Positions 42,040-52,895 of a DNA stretch of 64,000 bases are shown piece by piece. Numbering within the stretch: position 1 is the stretch's first letter; every line of letters starts with the position of its first letter. The notes beneath the pieces were generated by a model that was not told the origin of the DNA, searched no databases, and worked only from the letters and a program-made list of their open reading frames with translations. This stretch comes from an uncultured Pelagibacteraceae bacterium (GTDB lineage: Bacteria > Pseudomonadota > Alphaproteobacteria > Pelagibacterales > Pelagibacteraceae): assembly GCA_902554785.1 (NCBI GenBank), contig CACDQG010000001.1, forward strand, positions 45,246-109,245. Reading direction: 5' to 3'. The position numbers and the translations under genes are program-made.

Positions 42040-42846
42040 CTACCACTTTAACTCTTTTTGAAAAAAATTTGCTTTTACTTCATATTTTTCTAAAAGTTTA
42101 TTAAGATCAGAAAAATTATTGAATTCTTTTCGATGAACCCCTTCAGATATAAATATACAATCAATTTTTAAATTGTTAGCTCCTTTAATATCTGTTCTTA
42201 AGTTATCGCCAATGGCTAAAACTTTTTCATTAGAACCAAAACACATATTATAAATCTCCTTGTGTGGTTTACCAAAATAAATGACTTCTCCTCCAAGATC
42301 TTCAAAAACTTTTGCCACTGATCCTGCACATAATTCTTCCGTGTTTCCTCTATGAACTATTAAATCTGGATTTGTGCAAATTAATTTTTTTGAGATATGT
42401 TTTAATAAGAATTTCTTATAATAATCTAAATCATTATCATAATCATCAAATAGCCCAGTACACAAAATAAAGTCACATTCATGAAGATCAGTTCTGTTGT
42501 CTTTTACTTTTTCAAACACTGAAATATCTCTTTCTGGTCCAAGATGAAAAAATGACTTTCCAAATTTTTTTTGATTTATCGCATGCATTGCTGCTTCGCC
42601 TGAGGTGATTACATGATCAAGAAATTTTCTATCCATTTTCATTTTGAGTAAAAAATTAATAACTTTAGAGCTGGGCCTAGGCGCATTAGATAGAAATACA
42701 ATTTTCTTTAGATTCTTTTTTAGTTGGTCTACTGCCTCTATTGCTTTCGGATTGAGAACTACACCGTTGTGCATAACGCCCCATAAATCTATAACAAACG
42801 TGTCATAGTTTTCGAATATATCTTCTAAGTGTTTAAGTTCTTTCAA
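42040..42846 (-). CDS. HAD-superfamily class IIA hydrolase (TIGR01459-like)
   Basis: D.WGV.HNG, SNAPRP, C.NPD, GKP and IGD.L.TDI.GA motifs. Confidence 0.88.
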   Translation of the reverse strand: MKELKHLEDIFENYDTFVIDLWGVMHNGVVLNPKAIEAVDQLKKNLKKIVFLSNAPRPSSKVINFLLKMKMDRKFLDHVITSGEAAMHAINQKKFGKSFFHLGPERDISVFEKVKDNRTDLHECDFILCTGLFDDYDNDLDYYKKFLLKHISKKLICTNPDLIVHRGNTEELCAGSVAKVFEDLGGEVIYFGKPHKEIYNMCFGSNEKVLAIGDNLRTDIKGANNLKIDCIFISEGVHRKEFNNFSDLNKLLEKYEVKANFFQKELKW

Positions 42847-42914
42847 TTTACTGTTTCTCTCCTTTTAATGCCCATAAATATAGTATTTAATGGTTTTTTT
42901 AATGATTTTTGCCT

Positions 42915-42942
42915 CTTGAAATATAGTTAAAACATACCATAT
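42915..42942 (+). promoter_or_regulatory. RpoH (sigma32)-type heat-shock promoter of groES-groEL
   Basis: CTTGAA-N16-CCATAT ending 35 nt upstream of the groES ATG. Confidence 0.7.
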
Positions 42943-42977
42943 CAACACTACGTAAAAATTTATAGGAGAAAATACAT

Positions 42978-43274
42978 ATGAAATTTAGACCTCTGCACGA
43001 TCGTGTGCTTATTAAAGTGCTAGACAGTGAGGAAAAAACTGCTGGCGGAATTATCATACCAGACACGGCTAAGGAAAAACCACAGGAGGGTGAAGTTGTA
43101 GCTGTAGGTCCTGGAGCTAAAAATGAAAGTGGAAAAGTTTCTGCAATGGACGTCAAAGTTGGAGATATAGTTCTATTCGGAAAATGGTCTGGAACTGAAG
43201 TTAAAATTGACGGTAAAGAGTACAGCATTATGAAAGAGTCAGACATAATGGGAATTTCAAAAAGTAAAAAATAA
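42978..43274 (+). CDS. groES: Co-chaperonin GroES
   Basis: [21 protein letters not shown] motifs; SD AGGAGA. Confidence 0.98.
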   Translation: MKFRPLHDRVLIKVLDSEEKTAGGIIIPDTAKEKPQEGEVVAVGPGAKNESGKVSAMDVKVGDIVLFGKWSGTEVKIDGKEYSIMKESDIMGISKSKK

Positions 43275-43283
43275 ACTTTATAG

Positions 43284-44951
<1,668 letters not shown>

Positions 44952-44957
44952 TTTCAC

Positions 44958-45635
44958 CTATCCAAAAATTTTTAAAAAAGGCTGCAGTTTCGCAGCCTTT
45001 TTTTTTGCAATAAATAAACATGCATTTGAGCTTAGTATCAAACCATCTTTAAGAACTCTTAAATTATTATCAGCCAAAGTTTTGCCGGTAGAAGAAATAT
45101 CTGTAATGATTTCGGACGAACCTATAAATGGATAAGTTTCAGTGGCACCTAGACTAATTATCAATTTATATTGAGTAACCCCTTTAGAAATCAAAAAATC
45201 ATTAGTTAAATTTGGATATTTAGTTGCTACTCTCAATCTAGAATTTCTTTTAGATCTAATATCAAAAGACACCTCCTCAAGATCAGCAATCGTCTGCACA
45301 TCTATCCAATCATCTGGCACTGCTATAACTAAGTTGGCATTACCAAAATCAAGTTTTTTTTGAATATTGATTTTATCCTGTAAGTTTTTATTAGACTCTT
45401 TTAAGAGATCTAACCCGGATATACCTATATCAAGAGTTCCGTCTCCTAATCTTTGAATAATTTCTTTAGCGTGAAGAAAAATAATCTTGATATTATTTCC
45501 ATTTTCAATTGTCCCAAAATAATTTCTTTCTTTCTCATTTTGTAAAATCTTTAATCCTTTATCATTAAAAAATGATATTGCTTTATCTTTTAATCGTCCT
45601 TTACTTGGTAAACCTATGGTAATTAGATCTTTCAT
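44958..45635 (-). CDS. hisG: ATP phosphoribosyltransferase, short form
   Basis: GLPSKGRL, RVATKYP, LGATE and D..STG.TL..N.L motifs; paired with hisZ. Confidence 0.93.
   Translation of the reverse strand: MKDLITIGLPSKGRLKDKAISFFNDKGLKILQNEKERNYFGTIENGNNIKIIFLHAKEIIQRLGDGTLDIGISGLDLLKESNKNLQDKINIQKKLDFGNANLVIAVPDDWIDVQTIADLEEVSFDIRSKRNSRLRVATKYPNLTNDFLISKGVTQYKLIISLGATETYPFIGSSEIITDISSTGKTLADNNLRVLKDGLILSSNACLFIAKKKAAKLQPFLKIFG
44974..45006. terminator. Bidirectional-looking intrinsic terminator downstream of groEL, inside the 3' end of hisG
   Basis: AAAAAA-GGCTGC-AGTTTC-GCAGCC-TTTTTTTTT. Confidence 0.85.
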
Positions 45636-46669
45636 ATATTTTTTAAGTTAATTGCAGCACCAACTGCTGGAGTATTTTTTTTTGCCCCCAGACTTTTAAG
45701 TAAGTCATCATAACGACCACCCCTAGCAATTTCCTTTTTACCTGAGAATACTTCAAACACAATTCCAGTATAATATTCTACGTCTCTACCAAAATTTGCG
45801 ATGAAATTGATATCTTGATTAAGTTTTTTCAAATTAAGAATGGATTTAAAGTCTTTAAATATATTTTTTTTGAGATTATTTTTTTTAGCAAAATCTAACA
45901 ATCTTTCGTCAAGTTCTGAGAGTTTGCAGTTTATTTTTAAAAAGGATCTAATAATTTTTACAATTTTTTTTCCATCAACAAAAGATCTTGGATCTTTAAT
46001 CTTTTTATCAAATCTTTTTAATATTTCCAATATTGACCTTCCGGCAATCACTTTGTCTTGATCTTTCTTTTTCATTTCATAAAATCTTTTTTTATCTGTA
46101 TCAAAAGTAACTGCGTCAATATCAGTATTTTTTTCCAATCTTTTTAAAAGTTCCTCAAAATAACTTGGTCTCCAAAAATGTCTTATAAGTCTAAGCTTCC
46201 ATCTTTCGGGCATATCTAGAGCATTAATTAAACTTTTAAATAAACTTATATCTCCAACTTTAATTAAAATTTTTTTTCTCTTTATCTTCTTTGCGGAGCT
46301 TAAAATTGTGCTTATAATTTTAAAATCATCTTGAATTTGATTTTTTGAACCTAGAATTTCAATCCCTAACTGGTCATTAATGAATTCCGCGCCTTTATTA
46401 CCTGATCTTCTATATGCTTGGCCGGAATAATAAATTTTTGAGGAAGATTTTTTTTGCAAGAAACTTATACATGAAGCTACAGTTAAATCGGGTCTTAAGC
46501 ACATCGTTTTTCCATCTACATTATCAAATGTGAGCATTGAACTTCTAAATTTTTCTCCTGATCTCTCAATAATATAATCAGAGTCTAAAAGAACATCAGG
46601 TTCTGATAAAACAAAACCATTGCTTTTAAAATTTTTAATAATAGTTTCAGATAATTTTTTTGATTTCAT
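45632..46669 (-). CDS. hisZ: ATP phosphoribosyltransferase regulatory subunit
   Basis: CLRPDLT, Q.G.E, YYTG.VFE and GGRYD.L motifs; between hisS and hisG. Confidence 0.9.
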   Translation of the reverse strand: MKSKKLSETIIKNFKSNGFVLSEPDVLLDSDYIIERSGEKFRSSMLTFDNVDGKTMCLRPDLTVASCISFLQKKSSSKIYYSGQAYRRSGNKGAEFINDQLGIEILGSKNQIQDDFKIISTILSSAKKIKRKKILIKVGDISLFKSLINALDMPERWKLRLIRHFWRPSYFEELLKRLEKNTDIDAVTFDTDKKRFYEMKKKDQDKVIAGRSILEILKRFDKKIKDPRSFVDGKKIVKIIRSFLKINCKLSELDERLLDFAKKNNLKKNIFKDFKSILNLKKLNQDINFIANFGRDVEYYTGIVFEVFSGKKEIARGGRYDDLLKSLGAKKNTPAVGAAINLKNI

Positions 46670-47981
46670 TAACTAATTCTTTTATATTAATTGATTGTTC
46701 TTTACCGCTACTTAAATTTCTTAGTGTTGGTTTACCTAATTTTATTTCATCTTCTCCATATAAAATAACAGCCGGAGATTTTATTTTATTTGCATATTCC
46801 ATTTGTTTTTTTAACTTACTTTCTCCAGGATAAATTTCTGCACTGATGCCTGCTTTTCTTAATATCGTTTGCACATTTATGTATTCTTTCATTGAATTTT
46901 TATCAAAAACACAGATAACGACAGGTTTTGATTGTTTTATTTTAAATTCTTTTTTCTGCATCAATGCGTAAACCAATCGATCTAATCCTATTGATATACC
47001 TGTAGCAGGAGCATCGAAGTTACCAAAATTATTCACTAAATTATCGTATCTCCCCCCACCACCTATGGAACCAAATTGAATTACTTGTCCTTTGTTGTTT
47101 TTTACATCAAACTTTAAATTCACCTCAAAAATTGCTCCAGTATAATATTCTAACCCCCTAATAATTGATGGATCAAATTCAAAATTATTAAAGTTATAAT
47201 CTCCAAAAATTTTAAATATTTCAGTCAGATCCTCTGTTTCAGGTAACTTTTTCTTGAGCGTTTTTTCTATTATTTCGATATCCTCAGATTTTAAATTCGC
47301 ACCTTTTGTGAAATCTCCAGATTTGTCTTCTCGACCAGCGCCTAACAATTCTTTAACTCCATCCCAGCCAAGTCTATCAATTTTGTCCAAAGCTCTTAAA
47401 GCTGTAAGTTTTTGCTGTTTTTCGTTTATATTAATTTTTTTAAATAACTCCTCAGTTATTTTTCGTGATGAAATTTTTATAATATATTCTGATTTAGTTA
47501 GTCCGCAATTTTCAAGAATTTCTGAGATCATAACACATAACTCAGCATCTGATTGTAAACTTTTTGTTCCAACAAAATCAGCGTCGAATTGTAAAAATTC
47601 TCTAAATCTACCTGGACCTGGTTTTTCATTTCTCCAAACAGTCCCGAGTTGATATCTTTTGAATGGTTTAGGAATTTCTAAGAAATTTTTTGCTACATAC
47701 CTCGCTAGTGGTGCGGTAAGATCGTATCGTAAGGATAACCATTTATTTTCATCTTTAAACGAGAACACACCTTCGTCTGGTCTTTCCTTATCTGGTAAAA
47801 ATTTTCCAATACTGTCTGAATACTCAAAACTTGGTGTTTCAAGATATTGGAAACCGTATTTGATCATAACTTCTTTAATATTAGAAATTATAAAATCACG
47901 TACGAGTAATTCTTTTTCTTGTCTATCTACAAACCCTAATGGAATTTCTTTAGAAGGGTTGTTATTTTTTTCTTTTTTCAT
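46647..47981 (-). CDS. hisS: Histidine--tRNA ligase
   Basis: LRYDLTAPLAR, WRNEKPGPGRFREF.Q.DAD, RGLEYYTG and GGGRYD motifs; true start ATG 47981 (ORF-track extension runs through the tRNA). Confidence 0.95.
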   Translation of the reverse strand: MKKEKNNNPSKEIPLGFVDRQEKELLVRDFIISNIKEVMIKYGFQYLETPSFEYSDSIGKFLPDKERPDEGVFSFKDENKWLSLRYDLTAPLARYVAKNFLEIPKPFKRYQLGTVWRNEKPGPGRFREFLQFDADFVGTKSLQSDAELCVMISEILENCGLTKSEYIIKISSRKITEELFKKININEKQQKLTALRALDKIDRLGWDGVKELLGAGREDKSGDFTKGANLKSEDIEIIEKTLKKKLPETEDLTEIFKIFGDYNFNNFEFDPSIIRGLEYYTGAIFEVNLKFDVKNNKGQVIQFGSIGGGGRYDNLVNNFGNFDAPATGISIGLDRLVYALMQKKEFKIKQSKPVVICVFDKNSMKEYINVQTILRKAGISAEIYPGESKLKKQMEYANKIKSPAVILYGEDEIKLGKPTLRNLSSGKEQSINIKELVNEIKKII

Positions 47982-47985
47982 TGTT

Positions 47986-48062
47986 TGGTACAGCAGGGTG
48001 GATTCGAACCACCGACCCCTAGTTCCACAAACTAGTGCTCTAACCAACTGAGCTACTGCTGC
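47986..48062 (-). tRNA. tRNA-His (GTG)
   Basis: GCAGCAGTAGCTCAGTTGGTTAGAGCACTAGTTTGTGGAACTAGGGGTCGGTGGTTCGAATCCACCCTGCTGTACCA; full cloverleaf, encoded CCA. Confidence 0.96.
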
Positions 48063-48232
48063 ATCCCTTTAGTTTTTATATTAATTTTAAATAAATTTAT
48101 ATGTTTTTGATTACAAGCTAAGCAATAGCCTAGCGTGCATTCTGAGCGAATGTGATCTTAATGTTGAAATGATTCTCTTAGTTATAATCATAACTAGTAT
48201 TTAGAAAATAATTGTGACTTTTTCAAGATCAA

Positions 48233-48282
48233 ATTAGCGGGACAGTAAAAATAGTTTAGACTAAAGTTAATGTCCCGATAAT
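48233..48282 (-). terminator. Hairpin downstream of the cold-shock gene (probable terminator or structured RNA)
   Basis: CGGGACA...TGTCCCG stem with inner TAGT/ACTA stem; only a weak U-tract (TAATTT). Confidence 0.5.
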
Positions 48283-48304
48283 CAGTGATTTTTGGAAATT
48301 TAGA

Positions 48305-48517
48305 TTAAGATGTTTTCTGCAGTTTTACTGCTGAAGGACCTTTTTCTGTGCTCTCCACTTCAAACGTTAACTCATCACCCTCGTTTAAATACTTTAAACC
48401 AGCTTCTCTAACTGCAGAAGAATGGACGAACACGTCTTTTTCTTTGTCTTCTCTTTCAATGAAACCATATCCTTTAGTACCATTGAACCACTTTACTTTA
48501 CCTTTTAGTGTACTCAT
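48305..48517 (-). CDS. Cold-shock protein (CspA family)
   Basis: GKVKWFN..KGYGFI and DVFVH RNP motifs. Confidence 0.96.
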   Translation of the reverse strand: MSTLKGKVKWFNGTKGYGFIEREDKEKDVFVHSSAVREAGLKYLNEGDELTFEVESTEKGPSAVKLQKTS

Positions 48518-48577
48518 ATTTACTTTTTTCCTTATTATTATTTACTTTTACTAATAAAAATTAGTATGGAACCTCTT

Positions 48578-48603
48578 AAATAGCTTTGAGTGACTAAAGT
48601 CAA
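48578..48603 (-). promoter_or_regulatory. Sigma70-type promoter of csp
   Basis: TTGACT...GCTATTT on the minus strand, matching the alphaproteobacterial TTGAC/GCTA pattern. Confidence 0.5.
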
Positions 48604-48648
48604 TAGAAGAATAGTAATATTTGACGCAATTGTTTTTTTGCAACAATG

Positions 48649-49755
48649 TTAAAATAATAGAGCAATTAGGCTTACTATTGCTAATAACCCAAAGCCTAAA
48701 TAGGTATATTTATTTTTTTCAACATGGGATCTCAGTTTTTTAACACTTGATTCAGTATAACTAAGACCTTTGTCATTTAAATTAGAAGATTTGCTGAAAC
48801 CTTGATCTCTGCCAATTTGCAAAAATTTAGATTTTCTATGATCATAAATTTCTTCTTTGCTTAAATTTTCAAAACTTTTTAAATTTTTTATTATTGCGTG
48901 TTTAATATCTGCTGCAATCGTATCTGGATCTCGATGAGCACCTCCAAGTGGTTCGGGCACGATTTCATCTATAATTTTTAATTTTAAAAGATCTTTTGCT
49001 GTAAGTTTCATCGCTTCAGCAGCTTGTAGAGATTTACTAGGGTCTCTCCAAAGTATAGATGCGCAACCCTCTGGAGATATAACAGAGTAAATCGAATTTT
49101 CTAACATAATTACTTTATTTGACGATGCCAAAGCGATAGCACCACCTGATCCACCTTCACCAATTATAATTGAAATGTTTGGAACACCTAAAGACATACA
49201 ACATTCTATAGAGTTAGCTATAGCCGAAGCCTGCCCCCTTTGTTCAGCGCCTAATCCAGGATAAGCACCGGGAGTATCAATGAAGCTTATAACTGGTATT
49301 TGAAACCTGTCCGCAAGTTTCATTAATCTTATACATTTTCTATAACCTTCTGGACGCATCATTCCAAAGTTTCTCTCAATTCTAGTATTTAAATCCTCAC
49401 CTTTTTCCTGACCGATTATTAAAACTGATTTGTTGTCTATTAAGCCAAATCCTGCAATTACAGATTTATCGTCACCGAAATACCTATCTCCAGAAAGTAA
49501 GGTGAATTGAGAAAATATTTTTTTTATATAAAAATTTGCTTTTGGACGATCTTCATGTCTTGCCACTTGAGTTCTTTGCCAGCTATTAAGATTTGAGTAA
49601 ATCTCATCAAGTTTTTGATTGATTTCGTATTGAGTATTTTTGATTTTGCTTGTGTCTACTTCCGATATACCTTCAGAACCAAAAGGGCTTTTTAAATTAT
49701 CTACTTCCTGCTCTAGAGCTTTTATTTCTTTCTCAAAATCTAAATAATTTTTCAT
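48649..49755 (-). CDS. accA: Acetyl-CoA carboxylase carboxyltransferase alpha subunit, with C-terminal extension
   Basis: LDFEK, RNFGM..PEGYRK, DTPGAYPG, GEGGSGGA and YSVISPEG motifs. Confidence 0.95.
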   Translation of the reverse strand: MKNYLDFEKEIKALEQEVDNLKSPFGSEGISEVDTSKIKNTQYEINQKLDEIYSNLNSWQRTQVARHEDRPKANFYIKKIFSQFTLLSGDRYFGDDKSVIAGFGLIDNKSVLIIGQEKGEDLNTRIERNFGMMRPEGYRKCIRLMKLADRFQIPVISFIDTPGAYPGLGAEQRGQASAIANSIECCMSLGVPNISIIIGEGGSGGAIALASSNKVIMLENSIYSVISPEGCASILWRDPSKSLQAAEAMKLTAKDLLKLKIIDEIVPEPLGGAHRDPDTIAADIKHAIIKNLKSFENLSKEEIYDHRKSKFLQIGRDQGFSKSSNLNDKGLSYTESSVKKLRSHVEKNKYTYLGFGLLAIVSLIALLF

Positions 49756-49816
49756 ATTAAATGATACAATATTATTAGTATTATTATATTAAAAAATAAT
49801 GTAAATATCAGCCTCA

Positions 49817-51973
49817 ATGAAAATAATAGATAAAAATGGGCTCAAAATTAGTTCCACGCTTTACGAATTTGTAAATGAAGAAGCTATTCCTGGAACAAAA
49901 GTAAATTCTGATGATTTTTGGAGTAAATTTTCAAAAATAGTTCATCAACTAGCTCCAATTAATAAAAGTCTAGTTGAAAAAAGAGAGATAATTCAGAAAA
50001 AAATAGATAATTGGCACAAATCGAATGATGGTAAAGATTTTGATAAAAAAGAGTATATTAATTTTTTAAAATCAATTGGATATTTAGTAGAAGAAAAAGA
50101 AAATTTCAAAATAGAAACAACGAATGTTGATAAAGAGATATCTTCAATAGCTGGGCCACAACTTGTAGTTCCGGTTGATAATTCAAGATATGCTTTGAAT
50201 GCAGCTAACGCCCGTTGGGGAAGTTTGTATAATGCTTTATACGGAACAGATGTTATACCTGGTGTTATAAAAAAAGACTGGGATAAAGAGAGAGCAAATA
50301 AGGTAATAAGTTATGTAAGAGAATTTTTAGATAACTCGATACCTTTAAGAAATGTTAGTTGGAAAGAAGTAGAAAAAATTGAAGTAACTAAGTTGGCTGG
50401 AGAATACGCACTTGCTTTATCGGTAGGTGAAAATAAATACAATCTTAAAAATGTTAATCAATTCATCGGTTTTTGTGGAGATATAAGTAATCCAAAATCA
50501 ATTTTAATGAAAAATAATAACCTACATATAGAATTCAAAATCGATGAAAATTCAAAAGTAGGGGAAATTGATAAAGCGTCTATTTCAGACATAATAGTTG
50601 AGTCAGCTTTATCTACAATAGTTGATAACGAGGACTCAGTAGCAGCAGTTGATGCAGAAGATAAAGTAAAGTGTTATAGAAATTGGCTAGGCCTTATGAA
50701 AGGTGATCTTGTGTCTACTTTTAAAAAAAATGGTAAGAAAATTGTCAGGAAACTTAATGCAGATAGAGAGTATATTTCAAAAGATAATAAAAAAATTAAA
50801 CTTCACGGAAGAGCTCTATTGTTAAATAGAAATGTAGGCCATCTGATGACTAACCCAGCTATTAAATTAAATAATGGTGAAGAAATACCTGAAGGTATAT
50901 TAGATGCTTTTATATCTACTTTATGTGCTTTACATGATTTTCAAAATAAAAATAATTCTAGAACTGGATCTGTATATATAGTAAAGCCAAAAATGCATGG
51001 GCCAGAGGAAGTGAACTTCACAAATTCTTTGTTTGAAAAAGTTGAGGAAACATTAAATATAAAAAAATACTCTATTAAAGTTGGAATAATGGATGAAGAA
51101 AGAAGAACAACTGTCAATTTAAAAGAGTGTATTCGACAAGTTAAAAATAGAATTGTTTTTATAAATACAGGTTTCTTAGATCGAACTGGAGATGAAATGC
51201 ATACCTCTTTTGAGGCAGGTCCGATGATCTTTAAAGGTGATATGAAAAAATCTACTTGGTTAAATACTTATGAGAATTGGAATGTTGATATAGGTTTAAA
51301 ATGTGGATTTTCTGGTAAAGCCCAAATAGGAAAAGGAATGTGGGCAATGCCTGATCAAATGTTAAATATGATGGAACAAAAAATTGCTCATCCAAAATCA
51401 GGTGCTAATTGTGCTTGGGTTCCATCACCTACAGCTGCTACTTTACATTCTCTTCACTATCACAAAGTAAATGTTTTTGATGAACAAAAAAAAATAAAAA
51501 CAAGGAGTGAGTCATTGTTAAAAAATATATTAGAAATTCCAAAAGCTGATAGACCAAATTGGTCTATTGAAGATATAACACGTGAATTAGAAAATAACGC
51601 ACAAGGTATACTAGGTTACGTTGTGAGATGGATTGATCAAGGCGTTGGGTGCTCCAAAGTTCCAGATATTAATAATATAGGATTGATGGAGGATAGAGCT
51701 ACTCTCAGAATATCCTCTCAACATATAGCTAATTGGCTACATCACGGAATTTGTAGCGAACAACAAGTATTAGAAATAATGAAAAAAATGGCCAAAATAG
51801 TTGATGAGCAAAATAAAAAAGATCAAAATTATATAAAAATGTCCGATAACTTTGAAAATTCTGTAGCATTTTCCACAGCTTGTGATTTGGTTTTCAAAGG
51901 AAGAGTGCAACCATCAGGTTATACAGAGCCACTATTACACAAAAAAAGATTAGAGAAAAAAAACCTAAATTAA
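49817..51973 (+). CDS. glcB: Malate synthase G
   Basis: [45 protein letters not shown] and [12 protein letters not shown] motifs. Confidence 0.97.
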   Translation: MKIIDKNGLKISSTLYEFVNEEAIPGTKVNSDDFWSKFSKIVHQLAPINKSLVEKREIIQKKIDNWHKSNDGKDFDKKEYINFLKSIGYLVEEKENFKIETTNVDKEISSIAGPQLVVPVDNSRYALNAANARWGSLYNALYGTDVIPGVIKKDWDKERANKVISYVREFLDNSIPLRNVSWKEVEKIEVTKLAGEYALALSVGENKYNLKNVNQFIGFCGDISNPKSILMKNNNLHIEFKIDENSKVGEIDKASISDIIVESALSTIVDNEDSVAAVDAEDKVKCYRNWLGLMKGDLVSTFKKNGKKIVRKLNADREYISKDNKKIKLHGRALLLNRNVGHLMTNPAIKLNNGEEIPEGILDAFISTLCALHDFQNKNNSRTGSVYIVKPKMHGPEEVNFTNSLFEKVEETLNIKKYSIKVGIMDEERRTTVNLKECIRQVKNRIVFINTGFLDRTGDEMHTSFEAGPMIFKGDMKKSTWLNTYENWNVDIGLKCGFSGKAQIGKGMWAMPDQMLNMMEQKIAHPKSGANCAWVPSPTAATLHSLHYHKVNVFDEQKKIKTRSESLLKNILEIPKADRPNWSIEDITRELENNAQGILGYVVRWIDQGVGCSKVPDINNIGLMEDRATLRISSQHIANWLHHGICSEQQVLEIMKKMAKIVDEQNKKDQNYIKMSDNFENSVAFSTACDLVFKGRVQPSGYTEPLLHKKRLEKKNLN

Positions 51974-52575
51974 TTATCTGTAACTGGTATCCTGTTTTTA
52001 AAAGCAGATAATAAAGTACCATCATCAAGCTGTTCAATTTCCCCTCCTACTGGGAGACCTTGAGCTAATTTTGTAATTTTAATTTTATCGCTTTTAATTG
52101 TATCCTCGATATAATGTGCTGTTGTTTGTCCTTCAACTGTAGCACTTGTTGCAATTATAACTTCTTTTAAATTATTTTTTTTTATTCTTTTAACCAACGA
52201 GTCAATCAACAAATTTTTTTGCTCATAATTTTCATTTGAATTTAACGTACCTCCTAAAATATGATAATGTCCCTTATAAATGTTAGCTGAGTCAATAACC
52301 CACATATCTGCTAAATTTTCTACGACACATATTTTATCATACGAGTTATCTGAAGAGCAGATACAAATCTTATCGATAATTTTCAAATTTCCACAGTCGG
52401 CACAACGAACTACTTTTTTATAAACCTGAGCCAATGACTTTGCTAAAGGTTTTACCATATTATCTTTATTATTTATTAATTTAAGAATAATTCGCTTAGC
52501 AGATTTTGGGCCCAAACCAGGTAATTTTGCAAATTGCTGAATTAATTCATTAATTTCTGGGATATCGTTATCCAT
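51970..52575 (-). CDS. recR: Recombination mediator RecR
   Basis: LPG.GPKSA.R, C..CG, TOPRIM TVEG.TTA and G.PVGGE motifs. Confidence 0.94.
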   Translation of the reverse strand: MDNDIPEINELIQQFAKLPGLGPKSAKRIILKLINNKDNMVKPLAKSLAQVYKKVVRCADCGNLKIIDKICICSSDNSYDKICVVENLADMWVIDSANIYKGHYHILGGTLNSNENYEQKNLLIDSLVKRIKKNNLKEVIIATSATVEGQTTAHYIEDTIKSDKIKITKLAQGLPVGGEIEQLDDGTLLSAFKNRIPVTDN

Positions 52576-52895
52576 TAAAAAGGTAATTTAAAATCTAAAG
52601 GCAGATTTAAACCACCAGTTACTTTTGACAGCTCCTCTGCAGATTTTTTTTTCAAATTTTCTTTTGCATTGTTATAAGCAGCGATTATTAAATCATTGAT
52701 TATTTCTTGATTTTCCTTTTTGGCGGCATCTGAGATTTGAATAGATTTAAGCTCATAATCACCAGACAAGATAACTTTAACAAGGCTCCCACCAGAAACA
52801 CCCTCTACTTCTATCTTTTTGATTTGATCTTGAGCCTCTTTCATTTTTTCTTGCATAGCTTTAGCTTTTGAGAGCATTTCTGAAAAATTTGTCAT
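52575..52895 (-). CDS. ybaB: YbaB/EbfC nucleoid-associated protein
   Basis: A..MQ.KM, G.SGG.LV.V, DLI.AA.N.A motifs; dnaX-ybaB-recR synteny. Confidence 0.92.
   Translation of the reverse strand: MTNFSEMLSKAKAMQEKMKEAQDQIKKIEVEGVSGGSLVKVILSGDYELKSIQISDAAKKENQEIINDLIIAAYNNAKENLKKKSAEELSKVTGGLNLPLDFKLPF

Noticed and set aside
47982-48047. N-terminal extension of hisS in the ORF track (MVRALVCG...)
   Set aside because: It is the tRNA-His sequence read in frame; the real start is ATG 47981
47900-48300. Possible integration site at tRNA-His
   Set aside because: No integrase and no duplicated tRNA 3' end seen; flanked by core genes
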